A stretch of DNA of 64,000 bases from an uncultured Clostridia bacterium (GTDB lineage: Bacteria; Bacillota; Clostridia; Christensenellales; UBA1242). A model generated the notes under the pieces. That model saw only the letters and a program-made list of their open reading frames with translations. It was not told where the DNA came from and did no database searches. The stretch's first letter is position 1, and the number at the start of each line of letters is the position of its first letter. The stretch is taken from assembly GCA_944383405.1 (NCBI GenBank), contig CALWPL010000002.1:2990-66989 (forward strand). The letters are read 5' to 3'. The translations under genes and the position numbers were made by a program. Shown here one piece after another: positions 18,301-28,000 of the stretch.

Positions 18301-18773
18301 TTGGAACAATATATCACAGCATAGTGGAAAAAATTGACTTTTCACGGGAATTTAAAAAGGTTGAATTTGATAAAATTATTGATGAACTATTAGTTGAAAA
18401 AGAGTATTTAAAGTTTATTAGTTTTGAAAAGATAAAAATATGCGTTGAAAAAATTCAAGGGCTTGGAAGAAATATTAAGACTACAAAAGAATTGCCTTTT
18501 ATAAGTTATATTCCATATAATGAGATTTTTGGTGGTGAAGAAAATAACAAAGTTATTGTACAAGGAATTGCAGACCTAGTGGTTGAAGATGGTAAAAAAT
18601 GCTACTTAATCGATTACAAAACGACAAAAGTACTTCATCCCGACCAGTTGGTCGATAGGTATTTTATTCAACTAAAATTATATCGTATTTGCCTTGAAAA
18701 AGCACTAAACAAGCGGTTTGATGGAGTATATATTTATTCCTTTGTTTTAGATAAATTAATAAAAGTTTTTTAA
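15309..18773 (+). CDS. addA: ATP-dependent helicase/nuclease AddAB, subunit A
   Basis: GTG start overlapping the addB stop (GTGA). UvrD/Rep motifs (SASAGSGKTATIIEK, FVDEYQDIN, TIHSSKGLEYPIVF, LLYVALTRAKNHL) and a C-terminal nuclease (GIADLVVEDGKKCYLIDYKT). Confidence 0.93.
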   Translation: MNFTVDQSKVLEDKSKNLLVSASAGSGKTATIIEKIYKLVEKEHIDVQKMLVITFTEAASNETKIRLRDRLREGVKSDRTLQTQLEKLPLADISTLHSYCSKMLRKYFYYLDLKPNFAVLDEGDSKFLKFQALEKILKDYSKKDDEEFVLLSSIFDAGRGFDSLKRNILSVFEFLSGVEDREVFKNEISLSCYEKDLNKNVACKYLNNYIIINFNFLLRELNSYLDIAISSNAEFFSDFLKQIIISFQNVNKNKNFIYNQNIVRNIVLPRLTNKKLSQEDEDFKNDFMPFWNILKDRLTDIKKVILNKDEDEIKQDLEIAKKFLIKFQEVEEKFEDQYIKLKNKRNGLDFNDLEKFFLKLLEVEEVKNGINYDYIFVDEYQDINCVQEKILKQLSLHSKMVMVGDVKQSIYAFRNSTPEIFVKKAKSFRAQKENGKVIDLNENFRSNKIILEFVNQIFKTCMSDEFGGVDYLEKGMLKSQVEYKKCSNIPVVEVDIVDNEKEEKESEDFGDVYSISQDKNEYAYHPTESRKEAMIVARKILDIIGKEYYDIKSKTTKKIEFSDISILCRKNDFLKDVAKVLEEYKVPIETNLLDNIYKNNDVALLLSLLKVVDNFHDDNALSVVMVSPFYNFTFDELATIRREYNDETFFYNSVKNYSKNKKDKISLKIDFLINSIASIKENLTYKSIYDELTDICEEFEYFDFLQSLPDGSNRVKVVKDFIKSFINAEYNYDLVGFLDFEKNYASDGSFKSSITSGNNSVKMGTIHSSKGLEYPIVFLVGCGNAFSNKTFVEDILKDKDFGFGISTYNLITFEKKENIARNCITLYKRRSERAEELRLLYVALTRAKNHLFVIGGINLEKSIQVDSIDSSQGVNNYMAWILSMLSRVNFKNLTQNKVDLEQKMQFGKVDFRVYKDEDFEFENKNKISFLPKKQDTKDIENLRKTIDFEIKKKKNIALKNSVSSLLLESSNDIESYNFEPKQLSIFEGKKEGYKANKLGTIYHSIVEKIDFSREFKKVEFDKIIDELLVEKEYLKFISFEKIKICVEKIQGLGRNIKTTKELPFISYIPYNEIFGGEENNKVIVQGIADLVVEDGKKCYLIDYKTTKVLHPDQLVDRYFIQLKLYRICLEKALNKRFDGVYIYSFVLDKLIKVF

Positions 18774-18851
18774 AAAATGGTCGTTTTTGTTTTTATTTAA
18801 TAAATGTTTGTGTTATACTACAATAAATTTTAAAGAAGGTGGTAATTTATT

Positions 18852-21482
18852 ATGGCGGAAGTTATGGATAGTATTAGATCTTTTTTCCAACAAATATCTG
18901 CTGTTTTTGCCGAATTGTGGTTTTGGCCAGTTGTAATGATTGGTCTAATGCTGCTTGCTGTTATTGTAATGTCATTTCTTGTTAAGTTTTCTTATGAAAA
19001 TAGAATTTTAAAAAGTGTTAATAAACTTAACAAGTATTTTTTATCAAAACCTTTTATCACAGAGGAGAATCTTGTTGAATTTAATTTAAAGATGAAAAAG
19101 GTGCCAAAAGTTTTGCGTACAAATTGGCAAATTTTTATGCTCAATAGAGAAGACCCACCTACAAAGTATATCAATGTAAATACTTGTATTGATAAACCTT
19201 TAAGGACAAGTTCGATTGAAAAGAATATGAGTAATTATACGGTATTTACAATTTTTCTTATCTTCTTATCATTTATTACAGGGCTTCAATATGCAAATGT
19301 GCTTGCGCAGTACACAGTAACTGATGCTTTATTTACTGCTTGTCTAGTCCCTATGTTGCTTGTTGTTATTTATACTGTGTTTATATTAGCGGTTAGAGCG
19401 TCAAAGAATGATATCTATGCTTGTTTATATGAAAATTTTCCACTATATGAAAGAAATTTAACAAAGGCGGTAACGACACTTCCTTCTTATGTTGACTATG
19501 AAATTTTATTTACAAAGCAAGAAATTAAGGAAGGAATTCCAATTCTTCAACAATATCTTGAAAAGAGAGCACTTGTTGAACAACAGGAACTTGAAAAAGC
19601 AAGGGAAAATTCTGTTGCGACAGAAGAATATGATTTCAGTGATTTGGGAATTGATGGGTCTCTTATTCTTGAAAGGTCTATGAAGGAAAGTGAAATCTTT
19701 ATAAAAATAAGAAGAAGGCTTGAAGAAGAGATTAATAGTATAGAAACAGAAAAAGAGAATTACAGAAAAAATTATGAAGAAACGGTTAAGGACATGCAAA
19801 GGAAGTTGCAGGCTTCAAGAGAAAACCTTGAAAGTTTAAAGACACAGCAAGAGCAGTCAACCAATCGTATTGAAAGTAACTATATTCGTAAGCAGCAGGC
19901 TGACGAAATTAAAAAGCAACAACAACTTGAAAAAGATGTCGAAGAAGCAACTGCAAAGTTTAATGATGAGCAAATTTCACTTCAACAAGAAATTGATAAA
20001 AGGCAAAAAGAAATTGAAGAAAAGAGAGAATTTGTTCAACAGGCAATGGTTCTTGAATTTAAACATTATGCAAATACTCTTTATAAGGCTTTAACTCAAA
20101 AGGCAACAGAAGTTGGAAATCAAAAACTTCTTACACTTGCTCAAGAAAACAGCGACTTAAAAGCGTTGCTTACAGACATTCAAGGTGTAGGTGGTGGAGA
20201 TGAAAGTATTGATGAAAACAAAAACCTTATTCAGAATGATGATTTAACTGCCGAAAATTTATATGAGATGTCAAGCACTGATATGGAAAATTTGGAAGAT
20301 GGTAGAGAAACATCAAAACAGACTGAAATTGAAGAAGATAAAAAGATAGAAGAAAAGGCAGCACAAGAAGGAAAGAGTGAGACAGAAAGTAATAGCGAAA
20401 CTCAAAGCGAGGCACAGGGGGATAATAAGGAAGAAGAAGCAAAAGAAGTAGCAGATGTTGATAATAAAGAAGAAGATGAAGCAGAAAAGAAAGAAGAGAT
20501 AGAAGATATAGACGAAGGCAAAAAAGAAAGTAAAGATGAAAAGGAAGACAATGTAGAAAAAGAAGAACAGGAAGAAAAAGAAGATAAAAAGACAAAAAAA
20601 CAAGAGATAGACGAAGAGGACGAAGAAGAAGAAACTCCAAAAAAGAAAAAGAAAAGACGAGAAGATGATGAAGAAGACGATGATTATCCAAGAAGAGATA
20701 GACATCGTGAATATGATAACCCTTCTCCTTATGGTTACAATCAGGGGTATTATCCAAATGACCCAAATTATATGGGATATAATCAAGGGTATTATCAACC
20801 ATATCCAGACTATCAAGGCTATAATGACCCTTATTATAATGACCCATATTATCAACAGGGTTACCAAGGGTACAATGACCCTTATTATAACGACCCGATG
20901 TATAATGGTTATGTTCAACAACCAAATATGCAGCAACAAGTACCTGTTCAACCAGTGCAACAACCTAGTGCTCCACAACAAGTTATTCAACAAGCACAAG
21001 TTCCTTCTCAGCAGGAAAATTCAAGTAGTGATAGCACTCAACCGGCAAATAATGAAACTGTTGCAAGTCAACAAGTGCAAAATGATGATTTAGCACAAAT
21101 TCAAAAACAAATTGATGAAGAAAGTAATAGGTTGCAAAAGGAAAAGCAAGAGTTCGAAAATGATATAAATAATACTATTTCAAAAATGGACGCACAAGAA
21201 ACGACTCAAAAAGAAGAAGTAAAAGAAGAAGCAAATGAAAAGGCAAGTGATGACGAGATGGGCAAACAAGAAGAAGTTTTAGACAATGATGATAATGAGA
21301 AATCAGAAATAGACGAGATTTCAAGTATCGCAAAACCTAGAAAAGAAAGGCAAACTTCAAGACGAAATAGGGGGAGAAAGCCAACTACAAGAGCAAAATC
21401 TAACAAGGCCAGTGCTGAAATTGATGAACTTAATGCTGAAATGCAAAAATTACTTGATTCTGCTAAGGGCAATAAGGAATAG
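18852..21482 (+). CDS. Multi-pass membrane protein with coiled-coil, poly-acidic, Tyr/Asn/Gln/Pro-rich and Gln-rich low-complexity domains
   Basis: About 4 hydrophobic segments in the first 190 aa. These are followed by heptad-rich sequence, an E/K/D block, a YNQGYYPNDPNY...YNDPYYNDPYYQQGYQGYNDPYYNDPMYNGY block, a QQ(V/P) block and a basic tail (RKERQTSRRNRGRKPTTRAKSNK). Confidence 0.6.
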   Translation: MAEVMDSIRSFFQQISAVFAELWFWPVVMIGLMLLAVIVMSFLVKFSYENRILKSVNKLNKYFLSKPFITEENLVEFNLKMKKVPKVLRTNWQIFMLNREDPPTKYINVNTCIDKPLRTSSIEKNMSNYTVFTIFLIFLSFITGLQYANVLAQYTVTDALFTACLVPMLLVVIYTVFILAVRASKNDIYACLYENFPLYERNLTKAVTTLPSYVDYEILFTKQEIKEGIPILQQYLEKRALVEQQELEKARENSVATEEYDFSDLGIDGSLILERSMKESEIFIKIRRRLEEEINSIETEKENYRKNYEETVKDMQRKLQASRENLESLKTQQEQSTNRIESNYIRKQQADEIKKQQQLEKDVEEATAKFNDEQISLQQEIDKRQKEIEEKREFVQQAMVLEFKHYANTLYKALTQKATEVGNQKLLTLAQENSDLKALLTDIQGVGGGDESIDENKNLIQNDDLTAENLYEMSSTDMENLEDGRETSKQTEIEEDKKIEEKAAQEGKSETESNSETQSEAQGDNKEEEAKEVADVDNKEEDEAEKKEEIEDIDEGKKESKDEKEDNVEKEEQEEKEDKKTKKQEIDEEDEEEETPKKKKKRREDDEEDDDYPRRDRHREYDNPSPYGYNQGYYPNDPNYMGYNQGYYQPYPDYQGYNDPYYNDPYYQQGYQGYNDPYYNDPMYNGYVQQPNMQQQVPVQPVQQPSAPQQVIQQAQVPSQQENSSSDSTQPANNETVASQQVQNDDLAQIQKQIDEESNRLQKEKQEFENDINNTISKMDAQETTQKEEVKEEANEKASDDEMGKQEEVLDNDDNEKSEIDEISSIAKPRKERQTSRRNRGRKPTTRAKSNKASAEIDELNAEMQKLLDSAKGNKE

Positions 21483-21494
21483 TTAAAATATAAA

Positions 21495-21537
21495 AGAACT
21501 AGAAAACAAGTTTATGTTTGTTCTGGTTCTTTTTTTG
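21495..21537 (+). terminator. Rho-independent terminator after the 876-aa gene
   Basis: agaactagaa / ttctggttct 10-bp stem (one G-U pair), then T6. Confidence 0.65.
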
Positions 21538-21716
21538 TTAAAAATACTTTAAAAGTTGCTGGTGTTTTATTAGTAAAAAGTATATTTTAATAGAAATTAA
21601 ATAATTTTGTTTGCCATTATATTTTAAAAAATGATAATATATGTTTGTAGTTAAGGATTTGGGTTTGTAGTTTTGTACTAGTTTTTAAAACATAAAGTAG
21701 TATAAAAATTAAATAG

Positions 21717-21938
21717 TTATACACAAAAATAGTTTTAAAAAATAAAAGAACAGATAGAAATAAACAAGGTTAGGTTAAAAACTAAAAAACAAAAATTGTG
21801 GATAACATAAAAATTTATTGTGAAAATGTGAAAAAAATAGTTGACAGAACTGCGGAGGGGGGACACTTTAATTGCGAAAAAATAAAAATAAGAATTGTGG
21901 ATAAAAAATGCTCGCAAGTAATACACAAGTTATCAACA
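21717..21938. promoter_or_regulatory. DnaA-box cluster (2 perfect + 2 one-mismatch TTATCCACA boxes)
   Basis: tgtggataa at 21797-21805 and 21896-21904 is the exact complement of TTATCCACA. ttatacaca (21717-21725) and ttatcaaca (21930-21938) each carry one mismatch. Both perfect boxes share the 12-mer aattgtggataa. Confidence 0.55.
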
Positions 21939-22028
21939 ATAAAAATTTTTAAAAACATAAGAGCAAAGAAAGTTAAATAAAAAGACTAGAAAGTAAACAA
22001 AATAAAAGTACAAAGGAGAAAAAAAGTT

Positions 22029-25000
22029 ATGACAATGAAGAAGCAATTACTAATATCAACATTTTTTATATTACTATCAGTAAGTTTATTTGTGATGTCG
22101 ATATATATTGCATTATCAGCCATGAATCATAGTTTTGATAGTAGTGTCAATGTAGGGTATGAAGTTGAAGGCAGGGTTGTTTTACAAATAGTAAATAATG
22201 AAGGAAGTAACATAACCTATGATAATAATAAGGTTGTGTATGATGAAGATAGTGGACTATTTAGAATAGATGGTGTAGTTCCAGAGATTAGTTTGCTTGC
22301 AAGGTCGAGTAATATGCAAGTAAATAATTTAGATGAATTAACAAATAGTAGTAATCAAGAGTTTTACTATTTTTCGACATTAAAAGAAGTAGGGACAAAT
22401 TCTGATGAGAGTATACTAAAAAGTCAAACAAGATATTATGTTTCAACAGAAGAAGACCCTATATGGTATACTGTTCCTGAAACTCCAATTGCAGTATATT
22501 CAACATTTTTGACTCCAAATAATATGACTGGTACACAGGAAGAAACAGAAGGAGAAAGTGTAGTTGTTATATCTCATGCTGTAACGAGTTTAAGTAGTTC
22601 TGCATTTATGGGTAATAGCCAAATTGAGAGTGTAGTAATACCAAATAGTGTACAGAGTATAGAGTCAGAGGTAAATACTTCGACAGGTGTAGAAGAAGGG
22701 GCTTTTTTAAATTGTTCAAATTTAACGAATGTGATACTACCAAGTAGTGTAGAAAATATATCAGCGGAAGCGTTTTCGGGTAGCGGAGAAGTAAGTAATG
22801 CCACTTATGACAATGCAAACTATTTAGGTAATGAAGCAAATCCATATTTGATTTTAACAAGTGGTTTATCAAGCGAAATTTCTACAATTAATATACATAG
22901 CGATTGTGAGATAATACAAAGTTATGCGTTTAATAATTATGACAATTTAACGAGTGTAAACTTGCCAAGCAAGATAAGAGAAATAGGGGTTTATGCATTT
23001 TCTGATTGTAATAAATTAGAGAGCGTAGTATTTAGTGGGACAAGTTTAACAGAGATAAAAGACAATGTATTTAGTGATAGTGGGATAAGTAGTATAATCA
23101 TACCAGAAGGAGTAGAAGAGATAGGGTATGAGAGTTTTTATGCGTGCATAAATTTAACTGAGATTACTCTACCAAGCACACTTAAAGTAATAGATGGAAG
23201 TTTTGGAAGGTGTGTTAAGTTAGAAAGCGTAACAATACCAAGCAGTGTAACAAATATTGGAAGGTATGCATTTAATGGGTGTGTGAAATTAGAAGAAGTA
23301 GTGCTTTCAAGTGGGCTAGTAGTTGTAGACGATGAAGCGTTTGCAAATTGTAGGAGATTAACAGGGATAATACTACCAAATACAGTAACTACGATTGGAA
23401 CATTTGCGTTTGATAATTGTAGTAGTATGAATTATGTGGTAATACCAGAAAGTGCAGTAGAAATAGATAATAATGCGTTTATGTCGTGTAATAATTTAAT
23501 AATATATTCAGAGACAGAAAGCGAACTGGCAAGTTGGGTTGATAATTGGAATCCAGATAGTAGACCTGTGTACTATTTTGGAGACTGGGAATATGATAAT
23601 GGTATACCAACACATGCAACAATTTCTCTTGGTTTTGTTGACAATATAGGAAGTGATATAGAAGAAACAAACTTTGAGATAGTGTACAATCCAAGTAATA
23701 GGAATGAATTTAGGATAGATGGAATAGTGCCAATATCAAATGGACAAGGCGGAATAACAAATTTAAGTAGTTTGCAAAATAACTTAGACCAAGAGTTCTA
23801 TTTCTTCTCAACAGATGAAACATGGACATTAGAAGAAAATTCGCAAAGATATTACGCATCAACAGAGGCAAACCCAATATGGTATCAAGTACCAGAAGAA
23901 AGAGATGTAACACTTTATTCTGTATTTTTAACACCAAATTGTTTTACAGGGACACAGGAAGATATAGGGAGTAATACAGATATAGTAATCTCTCACCAAG
24001 TTACAACTATTCCATATAATGCATTTTCCGATATGGGAGATAATATATCAAATATTACAAGTGTAATTATCCCAAATAGTGTTACAAGTATTGAATCAGA
24101 AATGGATATGGTAACAGGAGCAATGGGTGGTGCTTTTGCTATGTGTACAGCCCTTACTGATGTAATAATACCAAGTAGTGTTAATTATGTCGGAGAAATG
24201 GCTTTTATGTTTTGTACGAATGCAGCAAAAAATATTTATGATAATGGTAGGTATATAGGGACAGAGAAAAATCCTTATGTAGTACTAGTTGGTGTAACAG
24301 ATTATGACATATCTTTTATTGACATATATGATGAGTGTATTAGTATTCAAGGGATGAGTTTTGTAGATATGATAAATGATGAGCAAATGTGTCAAAACTT
24401 AACAAGTGTAAGTATACCAAGTAAAGTAAAAAATATTGGATATGGTGCATTTATGCAATGTATGAATTTAAATAGTGTAACCTTTGAAGAGAATTCAGAG
24501 TTAGAAGAAATAGGAATATATGCATTTACAGCGACTGGGATATCAAGTTTTACAATACCAAAAGGTGTTAAAAGTATAGGAGTGTATGCATTTACTGGAT
24601 GTCCTAATTTAGAGAGTATTATAGTTGAAGAAGATTCAGAACTAGAAGAAATAGGCATGTATGCATTTGCAGTGACTGGGATATCAAGTTTTACAATACC
24701 AAAAGGTGTTAAAAGTATAGGTATGCTAGCATTTGCTGAATGCCCTAATTTAACAAGTATAACAGTTGAAGAAGGAAATGAATATTATTCATCACAGGGG
24801 AATTGTTTAATTGCGACAGCAACAAAAACTTTGATAGCAGGATGTAAAAATTCAGTAATACCAACTGATGGAAGTGTAACAAGTATAGGGAGTGGTGCAT
24901 TTTCTGGTTATTCTGGGCTTACCAGTATAGTTATCCCAGATAGTGTAACAAGTATAGGAGAGAGTGCATTTTCTGGTTGTTCTGGGCTTACTAATGTAAA

Positions 25001-28000
25001 AATTTCAGAAGGCGTAACAAGTATAGGAGAGCGTGCATTTGAAGACTGCGCATCTCTAACTAGTATAACAATACCAAGTAGTATACAAAGTATAGATTCT
25101 AATGCTTTCTATGAGTGTTATCGCTTAGTAGAAATTTACAATTTAAGTCAGAATATTGATATTGTAATAGGAAATAGTTCTAATGGCTATATTGGATATT
25201 ATGCAATAGGAGTTCATACATCATTAGATATTCCAACAGGTATATATAATGAAGGGGAATATGTGATGTATTCATATAATAATATTCATTATTTAATAGG
25301 TTATAATGGAAACAGTAAAGAATTAGAGCTTCCAACTACTTCAAATTATAATTACATAATCAATAAATATGCTTTTTCTTCAAATAAAGAAATAACAAAA
25401 GTTGAGATACCAAATTGTGTAACTAGCATTGGGATAAGTGCTTTTTCAGGATGTACAAATTTAATATCTGTTACAATACCTACAAATTTGGAAGAAATTG
25501 GTAGTTCTGCTTTTTATAATGATTATAGATTAATTGAAGTATATAATCAAAGCAGTTTAGATATCCAAAAAGGGAAAACTTCGCATGGATATATTGGATA
25601 TTATGCAAAGAATATTTATACTTCGTCGACTGGAACTACAAATTTGAAACAAGTTGGGCAATATTTGATGTATGAAGATAGTGTAAATAATGAATACTAC
25701 TTACTGTCATATTTAGGTAGCGAAGAAGAAATTACATTACCTACAACAAGTTATAATTATGGAATTTATGATTATGCTTTTTATCAAAATCAGGTGCTAA
25801 CAAATGTTACGATACCTAACTGTGTAACAGAAATAGGGGAGCATGCTTTTGATAGTTGTATAAATTTAACAAGTGTAAATATTGGTGTTAACAACAATTT
25901 ATTAAAACTTATTGATGCCTATGCTTTTTATCAATGTATGAATTTACAGCAAGTTACACTACCAAATGGATTGGAGAGAATAGAAGAGTATGCTTTTATT
26001 GATACGCAGTTAACATCTATACATTTTCCTAGTTCATTACAATATATTGGAGTAAATTCATTTAGAAGTATTCCAACTTTAAGTGAAATTACTTTTGGAG
26101 AAAACTCACAATTAACAACTATTGATAGTTATGCGTTTGAGGGGGCTTCTATAACTTCAATTATTATTCCTTCTGGAATTACATCAATAGAAGGTATTCT
26201 TAGGAATTGTAGAAATTTAATTTCTGTAACTTTACCAGAAGGGCTTATTACAATAGGATATTCTGCTTTTAGTGGATGTATTAGTTTAGAAAGTATTGAC
26301 ATACCAAATAATGTTACTACAATAGGAAGTTCTGCTTTTGAAGGATGTACTAATTTAAAGAACATTGACTTACCAAATAATGTTACTACAATAGAAAGTT
26401 CTGCTTTTGCAGATTGTACTAGTTTAGAGAATATTGAGATTCCAAATGGAATAATAAGTATTGGAACTAGTGTATTTAGCAATTGTACTAAATTGGTTGG
26501 TTATGAATATGGGAATGGTAAATATATTGGTACTTCAAGCAACCATTATTTAGTTCTAATTGATTTAATTGGGGAGAATATTAATACATTGACTATTCAT
26601 TCAAGTTGTAAATTTTTGGCTATGCCAACTTCATCATGGGATAACGATTCTGCATTTGATAAACTTCAACATATTATTTTTGATGACAACTCTTCAATAG
26701 AAGTCTTATCTAATAGATTATTTTACGAAGCGGAAAACTTATTGAGTATAGATTTTGGAGAAAATTCAAGTTTAACAACAATAGATGATTTTCTTTTTAA
26801 TGGGTGTACTGGGTTGACATATATAGTTATTCCTGAAAGTGTTACGACAATTGATTGGGGTGCTTTTGACGATTGTAGTAATTTAACAATATACTGTGAA
26901 GCGGAAAGTAAGCCTAGTGGGTGGCATGGTAGTTGGAATCCATTAAATAGACCTGTATACTGGGGTGGGGAATGGAGTTATGTTGATGGAGTGCCTGTTC
27001 CAAGTATTATTTCTCTTTCATTTATGGATAATGGTGGAAGTGATGTAAATGCTGAAAATTTTAAAATTGTTTATAGTCAAGACGGTACTCAATTTAGAAT
27101 TGATGGTGTAGTTCCTAATGTTAGTGGAGAGAGTATAACTAATTTAGCAAGTTTACAAAATAATAATTTAGACGAATTTTACTTCTTTTCTACTGATAAC
27201 ACTTGGACTGTTCAAGAAGATACTGATAGATTCTATGCTTCAAGTGAAGATAGCCCAATTTGGTATGATATACCACAAGAGAAAGTAACACTTTACTCAA
27301 TATTCTTAACACCTAATTGTACAGATGGGGAGACATGTAGTTCATCAAATGTTGTAATTTCGCATAGAGTAGTGGCATTGCCTAATAACGCTTTTATGGA
27401 AAATACTACAATAACAAGTGTAATACTTCCAAATAGTATAAAAAGGATTGATACTTTATCTGACATGTATAATATGGTTACTAATTATCCTTTTGCTATG
27501 TGCAGTAATCTTGAATATGTTATTATTCCAAGTAGTATAGAGTATATTGGTGGAGAAGCGTTTATGATGGGAACTAATCTTACTACAAAGAGTTATGGGA
27601 ATGGAGTATATATTGGCAATGAAAAAACTGATTATTTGATTTTAATAGCAGCATCTTCGACAAGTATAACAACACTAAATGTACATGAAGATTGTATTAG
27701 TATTGCTGGGATGGCATGCTACTTTGATATTAATTCTGGGAGCAATGCACAATTACTTAATTTAAAAACTGTAAATATTTCTAGTAATGTAAAGGCTATT
27801 GGCTATGGGGCGTTTATGGCAAGCAATAATATAACAGCAATCAATATTCCGGAAGATTCTTTATTAGAAACAATTTCTTCTGGAGCATTTGGTGCAACTG
27901 CAATTACTAGTATTACGATTCCTTCTAGTGTAACAACAATTGGAGACATGGCTTTTGATAGTTGCGGAGAACTTGAATCAATACATATTCCAGCAAATGT

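Noticed and set aside
20227-21093. Long ORFs 20227-20925 (-), 20313-20999 (-) and 20665-21093 (+) overlapping the 876-aa gene.
   Set aside because: They are artefacts of GAA/GAT/AAG-rich low-complexity coding sequence. Their translations are poly-Leu/Phe/Ile strings with no start context.
21717-21938. Interpreting the DnaA-box cluster as the chromosomal origin (oriC).
   Set aside because: Genes on both sides (addBA and the 876-aa gene upstream, the LRR gene downstream) are on the same strand, so there is no orientation switch. No dnaA, dnaN or rpmH lies nearby. I could not compute GC skew, so this remains unproven either way and is reported as a box cluster instead.
21735-21980. 60-63 aa ORFs (21735-21926 minus strand, 21798-21980 plus strand) in the spacer upstream of the giant LRR gene.
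   Set aside because: There is no RBS, and the plus-strand ORF starts with a GTG that lies inside a DnaA box. Composition simply reflects AT-rich DNA.
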